This document shows, piece by piece, positions 12,383-26,025 of a stretch of DNA of 64,000 bases (its first letter is position 1; each line of letters starts with the position of its first letter). The stretch is from Octopus vulgaris. Taxonomy: Eukaryota. Below the pieces are notes generated by a model that saw only the letters and a program-made list of their open reading frames with translations, was not told where the DNA came from and did no database searches. The DNA lies in assembly GCA_951406725.2 (NCBI GenBank), contig OX597830.1, positions 59,458,001 through 59,522,000 on the forward strand, read 5' to 3'. The position numbers and the translations under genes are program-made.

Positions 12383-12594
12383 GGTAAGTTCTCTGTCATC
12401 AAATCACTGCAGGGCAAGTTCACCGTCATCAATTCACCATTTTTTTTTTTTTGATAAAATAGTTTTTGACTATTAATGGTGTGATTCTATGGACATATTT
12501 TCTCATGGCAAACTTTCCTCATGGCGAACTTCCTTCATGATGAATTGATGGCCGTGAACTCTCCTGCAATGAAGTGATTGCAGTGAATTTATCT
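12383..12594. mobile_element. Decayed MITE with inverted arrays of ~15-bp subrepeats
   Basis: Left aagttcaccgtcatcaattcacca mirrors right tgatgaattgatggccgtgaact. Confidence 0.6.
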
Positions 12595-13271
12595 GTAACT
12601 GTAGTTAGTATCTAGGGCAGTTTTAGATTTGTTACAGAATGGTAATAAAAGTATCAAGTCTGTGCAGAGGGAATAGAGTTGTAGTATGAGGAATACACAA
12701 AGAGTAATGGTGGAGGTGTATATTGCTGTTAAATCTCATAATCTAAGACAGGCATGACAACTTTTTTTGAGAAACAGTCTACATAAGCGGTGGTGCCCCA
12801 GCATGGCCGCGGCCTTCGGGCTAAAACATTTTTAAGGATTTTAAGGATTTATAAGACATGTCATCAGACAGACTGCATTAGTGGAAAAATCAAAAATTGT
12901 CTGCATCAATAAAATGAATACCAGTTGGGTATTGGTCTTGCGTCAAAATACATTTTATGTATTTGTTTGCAAGATTCTTGATGTAAAATCATGTTTGGAA
13001 AACAGATATTGTTATACAGGGGGATGATTATATTTTGCCAATTAAAATAATAATAATAAAGCTGAAGTGAAGTTTAATTGGCAAAATATAACCATCCCCA
13101 AATGTAACAATTAAGGTAATTTAATTTTTCTTTAAGTGTGCCATTTAGATAGCAGCATAGGCCACGCAAGACAACATGCAAATGACCAAATTTCTAGACT
13201 ATTTCTCAGTGTATGAAACTCGAAGGAAACATGAGAATAAAGGAGCAAAAGATCCCATTCTGGAGATTTAC

Positions 13272-13423
13272 TTGTTCTTTGGAATGCTCTGTTTTTGGTA
13301 AATGATGTAACTTCAAGATGAAGATCTGGTTAATCCACATTTCTTCACACTTCTGTAAGGACTTTTCTACAGAAACTTCTTTCTCTGCACATTTCACAAC
13401 TTGCTGAACCTCATCGATGTGCT
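13272..13423 (-). CDS. Dynein exon 20: (E)HIDEVQQVVKCAEKEVSVEKSLQKCEEMWINQIFILKLHHLPKTEHSKEQ
   Basis: Acceptor cgaacag, donor gtaaat; 152 nt, phase 1-0. 'A.kE..iE..L......W....F' motif. Confidence 0.93.
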
Positions 13424-13637
13424 CTGTTCGGGAAATATAAAAACATTTTATTTAGGCAATAGTCTGATGATATCAACCTTGAAAAAGAAATAATGTAGAT
13501 ATGGGTATTTTTTTTCATTTCATCTAGTTTCAGCTCACGAGCTGTGGCCATGCTGGGGCACCGCCATTAGGTATGTAGAAAATACAGTTGTAAATATCAG
13601 TCTATGCACACACACACACACACGTGAGTTTGTGAGC

Positions 13638-13695
<58 letters not shown>

Positions 13696-13807
13696 GTAGT
13701 AAATCCAAAAAAAGAACAACAACAAACCCAAAAAACACAACAACGTGAGGACGTGGTAGATGTAAAGTATTAGCAGACGCTCAGAGAAGGAAAGAAAGAT
13801 GGTTTAA

Positions 13808-14029
13808 CCCTTTCAATACTAACTTGGCTGAAACCGGCTCTGGTTCTGTAGTACAAGTGTCTTGTTTCCATAAGTTTTGAATTAAGATCTTCCACCAAAC
13901 GTTAGTCACAATTTATGTTCCTAACACTAGCTTAAGGATAACTAAGTGATTTTACTAAATTCTTTGTTATATTTAGAATTAATTGAAAGAAACACAGAGC
14001 ATCTCAAAATAAATACAGTAACAAAAGGG
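13808..14029. mobile_element. piggyBac-type MITE (second family) with TTAA TSD
   Basis: TTAA|CCCTTT...AAAGGG|TTAA (TSDs 13804-13807 and 14030-14033). Confidence 0.85.
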
Positions 14030-14137
14030 TTAACATTTTGAGCAATGCTCTTCTTCATAAACAGAGGAAAGTCCAATAAAAGGGAAGACAGCGGAAGAAA
14101 ATCACCAATGATTCACACATGGTTACATTTTGAAAAA

Positions 14138-14183
<46 letters not shown>

Positions 14184-14760
14184 CAATGGAAAACAGGAAA
14201 AACACACAAAAGACATGGACACACTTATCTCTCATCAGATATCAACCAAAGATCCTCACGACACACACACACAAGTGGATGGATGGATGTTTATTCCAAG
14301 TTGTAGCCCACAGTTTATATTTCGGCATCTAAAATTTTGCATTAAAACAGATATTCCCAAAGAGACAGTTATAAAGTACACAACCTTTTCTGAAATGTCC
14401 TTTACAGATCCTGACTGCAAAACTAAGAATACTCTATATCCACGAGCATGATAGACAGAAAATTTTATTGATTAGAAAATTAATTCAATTAGATTAATCA
14501 AGAAAATTAGTACAGTATTATAAAAAAAAAAGCATTTTTGCCATGGGATTAAAAAATGTTAAAGCAATTTATCTAAAATATAGTGAATTTGTTATATAGG
14601 TGCAGGCATGGCTGTGTGGTAAGAAGCTTGCTTCCTAACCTTTAGTTCTAGGTTCAGTCCCACTGCATGGCACCTTGGACAAGTGTCTTCTTCTATAGCC
14701 TCAGGTAACAAAAATTACCCTTAATAACAATCACATTATATCAAATACATGACTATTTAC

Positions 14761-14908
14761 CTTGGAACTTAAGGCTGAAGAACTGGTTGAGTGTAATCTT
14801 ATTGAATGAATCCAAGTCTATATCTGTATTGACAATCCTTAGCAGCTGTCTCCAATGGCGAGGGCGCAAACTAGGATTGAGCAGGCTTCTCACTATCTCC
14901 AAACAAAC
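14761..14908 (-). CDS. Dynein exon 19: VCLEIVRSLLNPSLRPRHWRQLLRIVNTDIDLDSFNKITLNQFFSLKFQ
   Basis: Acceptor atttcag, donor gtaaat; 148 nt, phase 0-1. Diagnostic NP.lR.RHW.ql motif. Confidence 0.95.
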
Positions 14909-15779
14909 CTGAAATAAGGAGATAAAGATTATTTTACAGTATTTTAATTATATCATTACAATATCTAATCAATGCTTATTATCTTCACCTAAAAAACTGT
15001 TGTCTCTCAAAATATACCTAACTAATTATCAATATTTTTACCTTACCTTAAGGTGGCCAGCTGGCAGGATCGTTAGCATGCCAGGCAAAATACTTAGCAG
15101 CATTTTGTTGGTCATTATGTTCTGAGTTCAAATTCTACTGGGATTGACTTTGCCTTTCATCCTTTCAGGGTCAATGAAATAAATACCAGTTGAGCACTGG
15201 GATCAATATTATCAGAGGGCCTGCACTTGAAATTTCAAGTGCTGGGTTTGTTGCCAAAATTGGAAATAATTATTTCTATCTTACTAAAGAATGGTGAGCT
15301 TGCAGTATTGTTAGCACACCAGACAAAATGCTTAGCAGCATTCCATATGTCTTTATGCTCTGAGTTCAAAGTGATTTCATTGATATAATTTCTCTTAACC
15401 CTTTAGCATTTAAACTGGCCATATTTGGCCCAAATATTCTGCTTGTTTTATGTTCAGGTCAGCCAGATTCAACCTCTCACACTTACCCCTCAATGTCATT
15501 CTAAAATTACACAATCACACCAACATCCTGAAGCTACATAACACACACACACACACACACAAATATACATATGTATATAATCCAAAGTTTGGAATCATCG
15601 GCAAAAAATGTTAGTTTTATTACGTTGGATATCATCATTCTTTGAATCACTGCTAAAATGTTGAAGTGAAAGTCCCAAACAGTTTCTGAAGAATCACCTT
15701 GGTAACAAAAGGTAACCTTAATAACAACCACATTGTATCAAATATCATTGTTGTCAAAATGGAAATATAATTTACAGAC

Positions 15780-15951
15780 CTGAAATAATTCAACTTCTTC
15801 AAGTATTTCTCTGTAGATATCAAAAGATTTCATGTCATCAGGTAAAGAGTTTAAAGATTCCATTTCTTTACCAATCTCTTCGGCAACCTGCTGAACGTCA
15901 ACTTTATTCCACTGGACTGTTTGCCACTGTTCATGGTTACTTCCAATGTAT
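15780..15951 (-). CDS. Dynein exon 18: YIGSNHEQWQTVQWNKVDVQQVAEEIGKEMESLNSLPDDMKSFDIYREILEEVELFQ
   Basis: Acceptor tttacag, donor gtctgt; 172 nt, phase 2-0. 'W....W..vdv' and 'Lp..mk.f..y' motifs. Confidence 0.92.
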
Positions 15952-15984
15952 CTGTAAATTTAAAATATTTATGAAAACTCATTG

Positions 15985-16260
15985 AAAAATAAGACAGTGT
16001 GAGAGAAAAATTGGGCATAAGAGGCATCAGATGTAGTGTGGAGGAGAGACGATTGCACTGGTATGGTCATGTGATGTGGATGGGTAAGGACAGCTGTATA
16101 ATGTGTCAATTGCTAAACATGGAAGGAACATGTGGAATAGGAAGACACAGGAAGACATGGGATGAAATGGTGAAGACTAGCCTCAAGATGTTGAGCCACT
16201 CAGAAGAGATGATGAGGGTCTGAGATGAATGGTATTATGCTGTGCTTGAGAAGATCCATC
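15985..16260 (+). mobile_element. RTE LINE 3' fragment
   Basis: REKLGIRGIRCSVEERRLHWYGHV...GRHRKTW; same family as 7600-8893. Confidence 0.85.
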
Positions 16261-16526
16261 CATCTCATCAGAATTGAGACTCTGTCAAGCCTTCTCCACA
16301 ACTCATCTATTTTCTTTACTTCCTGCTACACTGAATTGATATCCTCTCAATCCAACTCATTCCTTCTCTCTAATCATTTCTCACACTATTTTCACTCTGT
16401 GAACTTCCGATTTTGGTTCATATTCTTGTTGTACTTGAACCTGAGATCTCTTTCTCCCCCACCTCTCTATCTTTCTCTCCCACCTTCCAGGCAGGCAAGC
16501 CATGTAGTCACTTCTTCAGCAAGACA

Positions 16527-16594
<68 letters not shown>

Positions 16595-16849
16595 ATAGTC
16601 TCTTTCTCCAGTCTATACCCAGCTCATTTGAGGAGCCTTATTTTGTGGGTACTTGGTGACCTCACCAGTGCTGGAGCCAAGTAAAAAGCACACTCTGTTA
16701 CGTGATTAGCATTAGGAAGGACATTCAGCTGTAGAAACCATCCCAAAGCAGACATAGACTCTGTTCGAGTCCTCTGGATCTCTGGCTTCCTATCAACATG
16801 TCCAACCTACATCACCAGCAAAAAGTGATGTTAAATGATGATGATGATT

Positions 16850-17130
16850 ATTATCATCATCATCATCATCATCATCGTTTAACGGCCGCTTTCCATGCTA
16901 GCATGGGTTGGACGATTTGACTGAGGGCTGGTGAACCAGATGGCTGCACCAGGCTCCAATTTTGATCTGGCAGAGTTTCTACAGCTGGATGGCCTCCCTA
17001 ACACCAACCACTCCAAGAGTGTAGTGGGTGCTTTCACATGCCACCGGTTAGCCGCTCTGTCAGCGATCACACTCGTATGATGCTCTTTGCACCCTGCTAG
17101 CACGGATGCCAGTCATCGAATTTGATGATG
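16850..17130 (-). mobile_element. SINE-like family C
   Basis: (CAT)n followed by cgtttaacggccgctttccatgctagcatgggttggac. Confidence 0.82.
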
Positions 17131-18274
17131 ATGGTAAATTGTTTAAAGCAGGAGGAAATTAATGTAATAATTGTGTCTCTGATAGTGATTATTTAACCAT
17201 AATTCTCCCCCTTTTAAATAGGGACGGAATCTTTTAACTGAAGTAACATGTATTTGATTAATAATTAAAAGCCATGTTATTGCATAAGGGAACTTTATGA
17301 GTTCAGCTTTTTTGCTTTCTTAGCTATATGAATGGTTTCAATGATTTAATTAAATAACAGATTTTTGGATGATTTTTTAGTTCCAGTAAATAATTTATGT
17401 AGAATCTAGTAATAAATAAGTCCAAAAAACAATAACAAAGAAAAAGAATTTATTTCATTTAGACTTCATAGATATAAGAAATACAGGAAGAATTGCTCAG
17501 AGCAGCCCAACCTAAAGAATGATGATCATAATGATTCTTGATCATAATAATCTCCAATTGCAATGATCTTAAATCACCGTAATCTTGGATCTTCATAGTC
17601 ATCATCAAACATCATCAATCATCATCAGTCATTGTGATCATCAACACCATTATTATAATTCTTAGCATCATCATCTTCATCCCTACTGTCATCATTGTCA
17701 TCACCACCATCTTTATTGTAACCATAATGTCCATGATTCTAGGTCATCATTATCATCTTGAGTCATAATGGGATGAGTATTATTACTCTCATCATGAAAT
17801 TCAGTAGATTTTTGGATCGTCTATTTCTATAATTTCAATCACATCTAAGATGCTTTTTAAGAATATTAAGTTGATTCCAGTACTTGTAGACCAGAACTTT
17901 ATTTTTATGAACCCTAGATGATGGAAGGGTAAACAGGTCTCAGCAGGATTTGAACTCAGAGTATAAGGAACCTTGACTAAATTCTACAGGTGGGGTGTTC
18001 GAACAGCTTCTTTCTTTGCCAGGGTGTTGAGCATGACAGATGCATTGAAGGGATTATTCTTGGAGAATAGTTTTTCTGGCCAGAAGCTCAAGTAGAGTGC
18101 ACATGTGGGTAGGACTCCTGAGTCCTTCTGGTTCCTGTCCCCTAAATGGTACCAATTCACTACTTCTAATAAAATACTATTTGTGTTACCATATTTATTA
18201 TTGCTTGTCTGTGATCATTAAAAAATATTTATTCAAAGACAAAAATGTTTCCACAATGATAAAAATTTTATTAC

Positions 18275-18322
18275 CTGAAAACTGTCCATGTGGTTTTCAT
18301 ATCAGTTAAAGCCTTTTTACAA
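18275..18322 (-). CDS. Dynein exon 17: CKKALTDMKTTWTVF(R)
   Basis: Acceptor ttttcag, donor gtaata; 48 nt, phase 2-2. 'c..el..lK.lW' start of DHC_N2. Confidence 0.85.
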
Positions 18323-20053
18323 CTGAAAAATATTAAATTGTCCGATTATTATTTACTTAAAAAGTCAAGTCTAATCTAATTCATAAAAATGTAACTGATA
18401 TTTTGTAGTACTATTCATTGTCAATTATCAACATTTAATGTTTATTTTCCATGCTGGCATGGGTTGAACACTTGACAGGAACTGGCAAGACCAGGGGCCA
18501 CACCAGATTCTGTTTTGGTTTGGTTTCTACAACTGGATGCCCTTCCTAAAGCCAGTCACTTTATAGAGTGTACTGGGTGCTTTTTATATGGCACCAGCAC
18601 CCATACCAATGCTTTTTACAAGGCACCTTAATTTTAAGATATCAATCCTGTTATGATAAGGGATCTTCTTCAGTAATATAATTCTTAGAACTGTTTTGTA
18701 TCAAATTTTATGTGTTAGTAAGGTAAAATGGAGGGAGGGGGGGAATTATGGTATTTGCATGTTGTGGTAGTAATTGTATTAATAGCTGAATAGTACTCTT
18801 ACTATTGACAATTATGTCTATGGAACTTATAGTTGTTTTGTTGCTTGGTCAGCTCTAGGTTAGGCCTGATCAGACAGCAACATGATCAAATGTGTTCCTA
18901 CCATGACCAGCAACCACAATTTTATTTCTTCAGCAGAGTTGTATCTAGAACTACATTAACCAATGTGTCATTCCTTTTTTAAGACAGTAAGTTATAATTT
19001 TGAAGAAAATATGGCTACTATTTCAAGCAAATTGAATGTCCATATAGAAGCCACCTTGTTGAACCTATTTCCTAGCTGGAGCAGACAAAAAGTAGACAGT
19101 ATTGTTTGAATTCAGAAGCTTCATTTAAAAATGGCCTGTAGCTTCTAAAACCAAAAGTTTCACTAAATTTAGTTTATTCTATGCATTGTGGTTAAGAAGT
19201 TCACTTTCGAACCACACAGATTCAGTTTCAGTCCTGTTGCATGACGCCCTGGACAAGTGTCTTCTACCATAGACCTGGGTCAATCAATGCCTTGTGAGTG
19301 AATTTCATGAACCGAAACTGTGGAAACCCATCGTGTGTGTGTGTGTGTGTTTGTGTGTTTGTGTGTATATATACATCTGTGTGTGTGTATTTCAGTCTGC
19401 TATAATGAATCCATAAACATATAAAACATCCAAGGGTATATTTTTTTCCCCTCTGAAGATATTGTGTTCAGGTCATATAAATATAAATCTAATATTTACT
19501 GAGTATCAATTGAAACAGCTGTAAGGGAAGATGATTAATTTGCTGTTAATAATACATAATTAGTAACTTCCAAATTACCATTTGTTTTCTTCTTTTATAT
19601 ATATATACTTTCCCCTTTCATCTTCCCAACCTCTCCTACTAACAGCGTTGCCCTGTTGTCTCTCTGTACTAGATATATGTGTGTGTGTGTACCTTTTACT
19701 TGTTTCAGTCTTAGACTACAGCCATGCTGGGGCACTGCCTTGGAGAACAATTTAGTTGAATGAATTGACACCATTACTTTTTTAAGCCTGGTACTTATTC
19801 TATTGGTATCTTTTGGTAAACCACTAAGTTATGGGGGATGTAAACACACTAACACCAGTTGTCAGTTGGTGGTGTGGGACAAAGACACACACACACACAG
19901 AGGCTTGTTTCAGTTTCTGTCTAGCAAATCCACTCACAAGGCTTTGGTCAGTCCAAGACTGTAGTAGAAGACATTTGCCCAAGGTGCCACACAGTGGGAC
20001 TGAACCCTGAACAATGTGATTGAGAAGCAAACTTCTTAACACACAGTCATGCT

Positions 20054-20094
<41 letters not shown>

Positions 20095-20138
20095 ACGATG
20101 TCACTTGCAGTTATTCTTCTCATACACAAAACACTTAC

Positions 20139-20200
20139 ATCTTCAGATCTTCATAATTCAATACGGACAATTGAAGTATGTTTTCTATTTCACTGAAATC
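20139..20200 (-). CDS. Dynein exon 16: DFSEIENILQLSVLNYEDLK(I)
   Basis: Acceptor tctccag, donor gtaagt; 62 nt, phase 0-2. Matches the 'E.Lf......y..L' lead-in to DHC_N2. Confidence 0.88.
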
Positions 20201-20392
20201 CTGGAGACAAAAAAAAAATTTAACAAGTTTAGATTATTTACATGCTGATGGAATATTTTAATTGCCTGAAAGATGGGCAAAGGTCATTCATGATAATAGA
20301 AATTATTTCATTGGATAAAATTTATTAGAAGGTCAAATTATTTATATTCCTTTTTGCATATTAAAATCATTCAGATCTTTCCAGACAACCTA

Positions 20393-20445
<53 letters not shown>

Positions 20446-20949
20446 CCTACTCGCTTAGCCAGCAGGGTGGCGTCATTTGAAGGCTAAAACAATGCGAAGC
20501 GCATTGTGACCAGCGATGTGTAGCAACATCTGATAGCCTGGTCGATCACGAGAAATCATGAGAAGTATACATATATATATATATATACATATATATATAC
20601 ATGTGTGTGTTAATAGTTTAAAGGAAACAGAGAATAAACATGGAATATTCACTTTTTAATCATTGTGCAGTCATGCATAGAGTTATACATACACAGACAC
20701 ACATATAAGCATATACAAATACTGACACAAGCATAGACATCCACAACTTATATACACATCCTTTCCCAATGATTACACACACACACACACACACACAGGT
20801 GTGGAGTAAGGAGGGGGAGAATTAATGTTTGTGTTTGTGAGAGGTAATGAAAGGAAGATTTTTTAATGTATTTTGGCTGTGGGTGTTTTTGTTGTTATTT
20901 TATTGATTCCTGTTGCTGAATGCAGTGTTCTTGGAAAGGTTCCAGTAGA

Positions 20950-21520
20950 TGGGCAGTTAAGGGACAATAGCACAGCTTTTCACCCAGGGCAACTGAGGGA
21001 GATACTCAAAAGATGGAACATGAGATGTTTCTTCAGAGGTGCATACAGGCCCAGTGGAAATGGGATTGTGGAACAACGCTGTCACACAATCAAAGCCATG
21101 GCTGAGAGGGGATGAATCTCCTCCATGAAGGCAGTCTTCTGGTGCAACATTGACTGAAGAGTCAATCCTGCAAAGAGTCAATCCTGCAAAGAGTCAATCC
21201 TGCAAAGAGTCATATTCCAGTATGAATGGAGAGACCCAAGCTTGGTACTGCAGCAGCCAAAAGTAGAAGGGGTTGCATCTATTCAGATCAGTGCACAATG
21301 AAGTGATGAGAAAGGAAGGGGGACCGCAATCAGTACCCAGAATAATATATTAGTGGATGGAATGCCATGTCACATTTTGGAGATTTGGAGGGTTGTTAGC
21401 TCTTCTGGTGACAAAGGAGAGGGAGAAACTGGCCCCATGACCCTGCAAAGGTTACAAAGGGAACATCACCCACATAGGCGGATAGGCAATTTCAAAATGG
21501 AATAGGGGACCAGTGATCTT
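20950..21520 (+). mobile_element. Decayed LTR-retrotransposon (Gypsy-like) integrase fragment
   Basis: LRDNSTAF...RGAYRPSGNGIVEQRCHTIKAMAERG resembles the rve core (DNG..F; YxPxxNGxVER); internal 16-bp triplication at ~21157-21211. Confidence 0.8.
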
Positions 21521-23116
21521 TAGATCAAGGTGGGGTAGAAGAATGAAGGGAGGCAGGGAGGGAAAAATAATGACAGGACCAGAAGTGAAGGTGTGACACC
21601 ACGTCAAGAAGTAGGGTGTGACATCACATCAAGAAGTAGGGTGTGACATCACATCAAGAAGCCTCTTTCTTTGCCAGGGCACTGAGCACAACAGCCATTT
21701 TGAGGCAATCATTTTAGGGGAGTAGTTCTTTCTGGTTAGAAGCTCATGCACAGTGCTTGTGTGAGTATGACTATTGAATTCTGCTGGTTCTGGTGACCTG
21801 AAGTTTGGATATACTGTTGCTAATTGTATGTCAAGGTTAGAGCAACCTTATTTGTGCTTTACAATTACAATCTGTACACACTGATGATCTAAATAATATC
21901 AGGATTCATTGATTCTGAGCAGGAGTGGAGTTCTCAGATACATGATGCTAGTATCAAAGCTTTTTTTTAATGAGGGCTGGGACATACAGCATTGATGCCT
22001 GCACCCTGCGTTGTGTTCTTTGCTGGGTTGGCCATGTGATTTGGATGTTGAGTAACTAGCTCCCAAAAATGGTCCTCTCAGCAAGATCAAGGCTAGAGTT
22101 TAACAATCATCTCAAACATTTTCTCATTTTATGCAGTATCCCTCTCAATCAGTTGGAGACTCCAGCTGTTAATCAGATGGCATGGAAATCCATGTGTGAT
22201 GCTGGAGTAGAATACTTCAAAATTCAAAGTAGGAAACTGCATGAAGAGAGGAAGAGACATTGTCATCAATCCTTTGTGGCTGTTGTTCAGGGTCTCTTTC
22301 AGGCCCTCAGTGTCACAGATCTGCCTATCTTATATGGGCCTTGTCAACCATGTCCACTCCCATGAGAAACAATGTGTTGGAAGTGGGGTGGGGGTGGGGT
22401 AATGAATGTCTTGGATCAATGCTGTCATTACCTTTGAAGAGCCGCCATAAGCAAGGTAAAGATTAAAAAACCAAAAACTTTAATTCACTGATATATTTTA
22501 AATGTAGAGTCTCCGCATATTGGTAGATTAAGGAGGAAAGTATAATTATTAAAAAAAGAGTAAATAATACTAATTTGTTGGGTATTAATGGAGGAAATGA
22601 AAGTGTATCTTGAAAGTCATTTTTCTGTGTAGCTTCCAAGTAACAAAGACTAACTAGAGCACAAATTAAGCCCAGAGACAAGTGGAAACACTTATGTGTG
22701 TTCAACTTAACTGAGCATTGAAACAGAGTTGGTGAAAGAAACATGACCACAGGTAAAAATCAAACTCCATTCACAAAGTAGACCAATGGTCATTATAACC
22801 TGTCAACAAACTTCATCCAAATGTTTATGATTTTAATACTGGATTAACTATATTTCATCAAAATTTCTGGTTAGGAACGGAAAATATAGAGAAAGTCTTT
22901 CAGGACTTAATAAACATTGTAATCATTGGATAAAAGGCTTAGTGGCCTTTATTCTGGTGCTTTGTGATCTGAGTTCAAATGCTGCCAGAGTCAACTTTGC
23001 TTTTCATCTATTTGGGATTGATAAAACAAATACCAGTCAAGCATTGGGGTCAATGTAATTGACTTTGCATCCTCTTAAAAATAACTGACTTTATACCAAA
23101 ATTAGAAAGAACTAAC

Positions 23117-23272
23117 CTGGGATTCCTCTTCTAATGTAACAAGTCTTGAAGTGAACTCTTCAATTAAAACAAAACCTTGGTCAATTTCAAATTGTTTGAC
23201 TTTTCTAGTCTTGTAAAACTCTTCCATATCAAACTGGAGTTTGGTGAGTTCTCTGTTGAAGCTATGAAGTTT
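23117..23272 (-). CDS. Dynein exon 15: KLHSFNRELTKLQFDMEEFYKTRKVKQFEIDQGFVLIEEFTSRLVTLEEESQ
   Basis: Acceptor ttcacag, donor gttagt; 156 nt, phase 0-0. Confidence 0.9.
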
Positions 23273-23294
23273 CTGTGAAAATAACAAAAATTAA

Positions 23295-23649
23295 CAATTA
23301 TTACAGTATGCAAGTTCATGGGCCACAATTTGCAACAGTCACTAAATTATACAAGTTTATGAGCCATAATTAATGACAATAACTGAAAGTTTATGAGCTG
23401 TAATTAATGACAACTACTACAAATTTATGATAGGCTATAGTTAACGAATAGTTACTAAGATATACAATTAATCAATGACAGTCACTTCATTATACAAGTT
23501 TATGGGCCATGATTAATGACAATTACTGTAATATGCAGATTTAAGGGTTATAGTACACTAATATACTGGTAAATAAAACTGTATATATAGAATTATGATG
23601 ATTGCTGCATTATACAAGTTTATTGGTTGTAATTAATGATGGTTACTAC
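23295..23649. repeat. Degenerate ~43-bp minisatellite (tatacaagtt.atgggcca.aattaatgaca..ac), continuing at ~24325-24357
   Basis: About 8 diverged units visible by eye. Confidence 0.75.
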
Positions 23650-24322
23650 CAGTGGTGGTTTGTAGTTAAAATTAGTTGAAGTGCTGCTTCAGAAAAGTTT
23701 TAGCTGTGGTTTTAATATTGTGCAGAAGGAAACAAACGTATAAAAAGAAAAATTATACATAAACTTGATTGGTTTGCGTTTTAGCCACAACAGGGTAGTG
23801 TGTTTACTTTGTTCACTGAACACTGCCACAAATTCACCCCTGTTTTACAAAAATCTCCCCTAAATGTGCCCTATTTTCAAATCCTGGCAGCAATACTGAA
23901 GCTGGAAGCAGGATAATAATCTAATTCTACACTTTATCACATTCAAGAATACAAACATGTTTTTAAGAACAACAGACACAGAGTCAAAAAGAAACACTAC
24001 CTTTCACCCAGCATTGTCGTTCAGACAATGTTCTCTCTCTCTCTTGCTTGAAGCTTCCTATCTCAGACATGTCAGCATGTACACAACAACCAAACACCGC
24101 ATCACTGGAAGTGTGAAACGCACAGTTCTATACAAGGATTTTTGTATTTTTTTCATAAACTAGGGGATGGCTACTGACATTTAAGCTTAAGGATTATATA
24201 ATGTACAAGTATAAAGAAAGAATTAAGGAAAAAGGGACTGATTATATTGAATGTTATCGATAATATAGAGTGGAAATAGGAGACACTGCAGTTCCACAGC
24301 TCCTATACATGAGCCGCTACTG
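23650..24322. mobile_element. Non-autonomous hAT-like element inserted in the minisatellite
   Basis: Ends CAGTGGTGG / CCGCTACTG; 8-bp TSD GTTACTAC / GATACTAC. Confidence 0.7.
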
Positions 24323-25980
24323 GATACTACAATATACAAGTTCATGGGCCAGATTAATCTCCCATATTTTGACGTTGGGGTATAGTATGATTACAGCCAG
24401 CCTTCCTTCCAATCATACCCCAGTGTCTTAGATAAGAAAAGGATTAATTGAATATCTTAACCATTTAAAGAACTGGAATGCTTTTGATCATAGGCCTGCT
24501 CAATCAGGATTGACCTGGAACTATCCCCAAGCTGAGTCAATGAGAAAAACTCTGTGTCATTACTTGAAGTGGAAGAAATTGTAGCCAAATTTTCCTAAAA
24601 TTACATTCCACCATGTGCGTGTGTGTGTGCAGACACAAGTACCTTGTGATTTTCAGTTACATCCCTTTATGTTCTAAGTTCAAATCTTAGCCAAATCCAC
24701 TTTGTTATTAATCCTTTTAAGAACGAAACAATAAAATAATAAATGGGTCAATGTTTTGTGCCTTTCCATCAACTGAAACTAGTAAAAGCATAAAAGAATA
24801 GGAATGGTCAACCAAAGATATTTTCTTTGTCCTTTCATAATTTATTTTGATTTTAGAGGTTGCATCAAGAAGTCATTTTGTGGTCTGGGTTCACCCTCAA
24901 TGTGTGACATCTGGTGCCAGGATCTTCACTGCATTATGGAAACTGTAATGAAAGCCATTAGCAGGTCTATATGTGACTATTTCTGTTCTTAAGCGGCAGA
25001 CTTGGTTTGATACTTTAGCATTCAGATTACTCTGTCAAATGTAATATATATATTGCCACCATTAGTCTGCAGCATACATTCAGACCATGTTTCCACTTTG
25101 TGGATAACTTCTTCCCTCCTCTCACCAGTCTTTGAAACTCTCAGAGTCATCAGTGCTGTCCATCCTCTTCTGACTAAGCCAAAAAAACAAATCCCCCCAA
25201 GTTTCCATTGATAGGTTTTCTTCAAGATGGGATAATGACTACAACCATCATTATTATTTAGCATCGATATTCCATGGTGGCAGAGGCTGGATTGTTTGAC
25301 AGGGTCCCACAGGTCAGAGAATGGTGTTGAGCTCTAATAACAGTTTTGGTACAGTTTCTATGGCTAGATGCCCTTACTAATACCAACCCCATTGCAGAGT
25401 GTACTGAGTACTTTCTTGTGCCACCAGCACTAGTGAGGTCACCAAGCAGCTTACAAGCTGAGACCCTTTGACTGGGGTGGGTATAGTATTGAAGGAGGTG
25501 ACTTTATACCAGGTGTTGAGAGGCAACAGTATGATAGAGGGATAGGAAAAGGTACCTTGCAGCAGAGGAGATGCATGGACATCTGAACTGGAAAAGGAAG
25601 GAGAGAGAAAATGGTGAGGATGAGGTGTCAGGACATACCCTCAAGGTACAAGAGGATGAATGTGGAGGAGATGGGAAGAGAGAAATAGGTGAGGGGACAT
25701 GGGGCAGAAGATCAATTAAGTTTACAAGAGTGTGAAGTGAACAACAGATGGTCAGAGATAGATAATATAAATATAAGTGATAAAATAAGTAGCAAACAGT
25801 GGAGGGAGCAGGACCAAGGGTCAAGGCTGCAAATAAGCAGAGTTGGTAATGCATCATAGAGAATGTTTCATGGCATTTGTTTCAACACTCTGCAATCCAC
25901 GTTTAAATCTAACCCATGTCAACTTTGCTTCATACCCTTTGGAAGGTTAAATTAAATAGCAGTCCAAAGCTTGGATCTAT

Positions 25981-26025
<45 letters not shown>

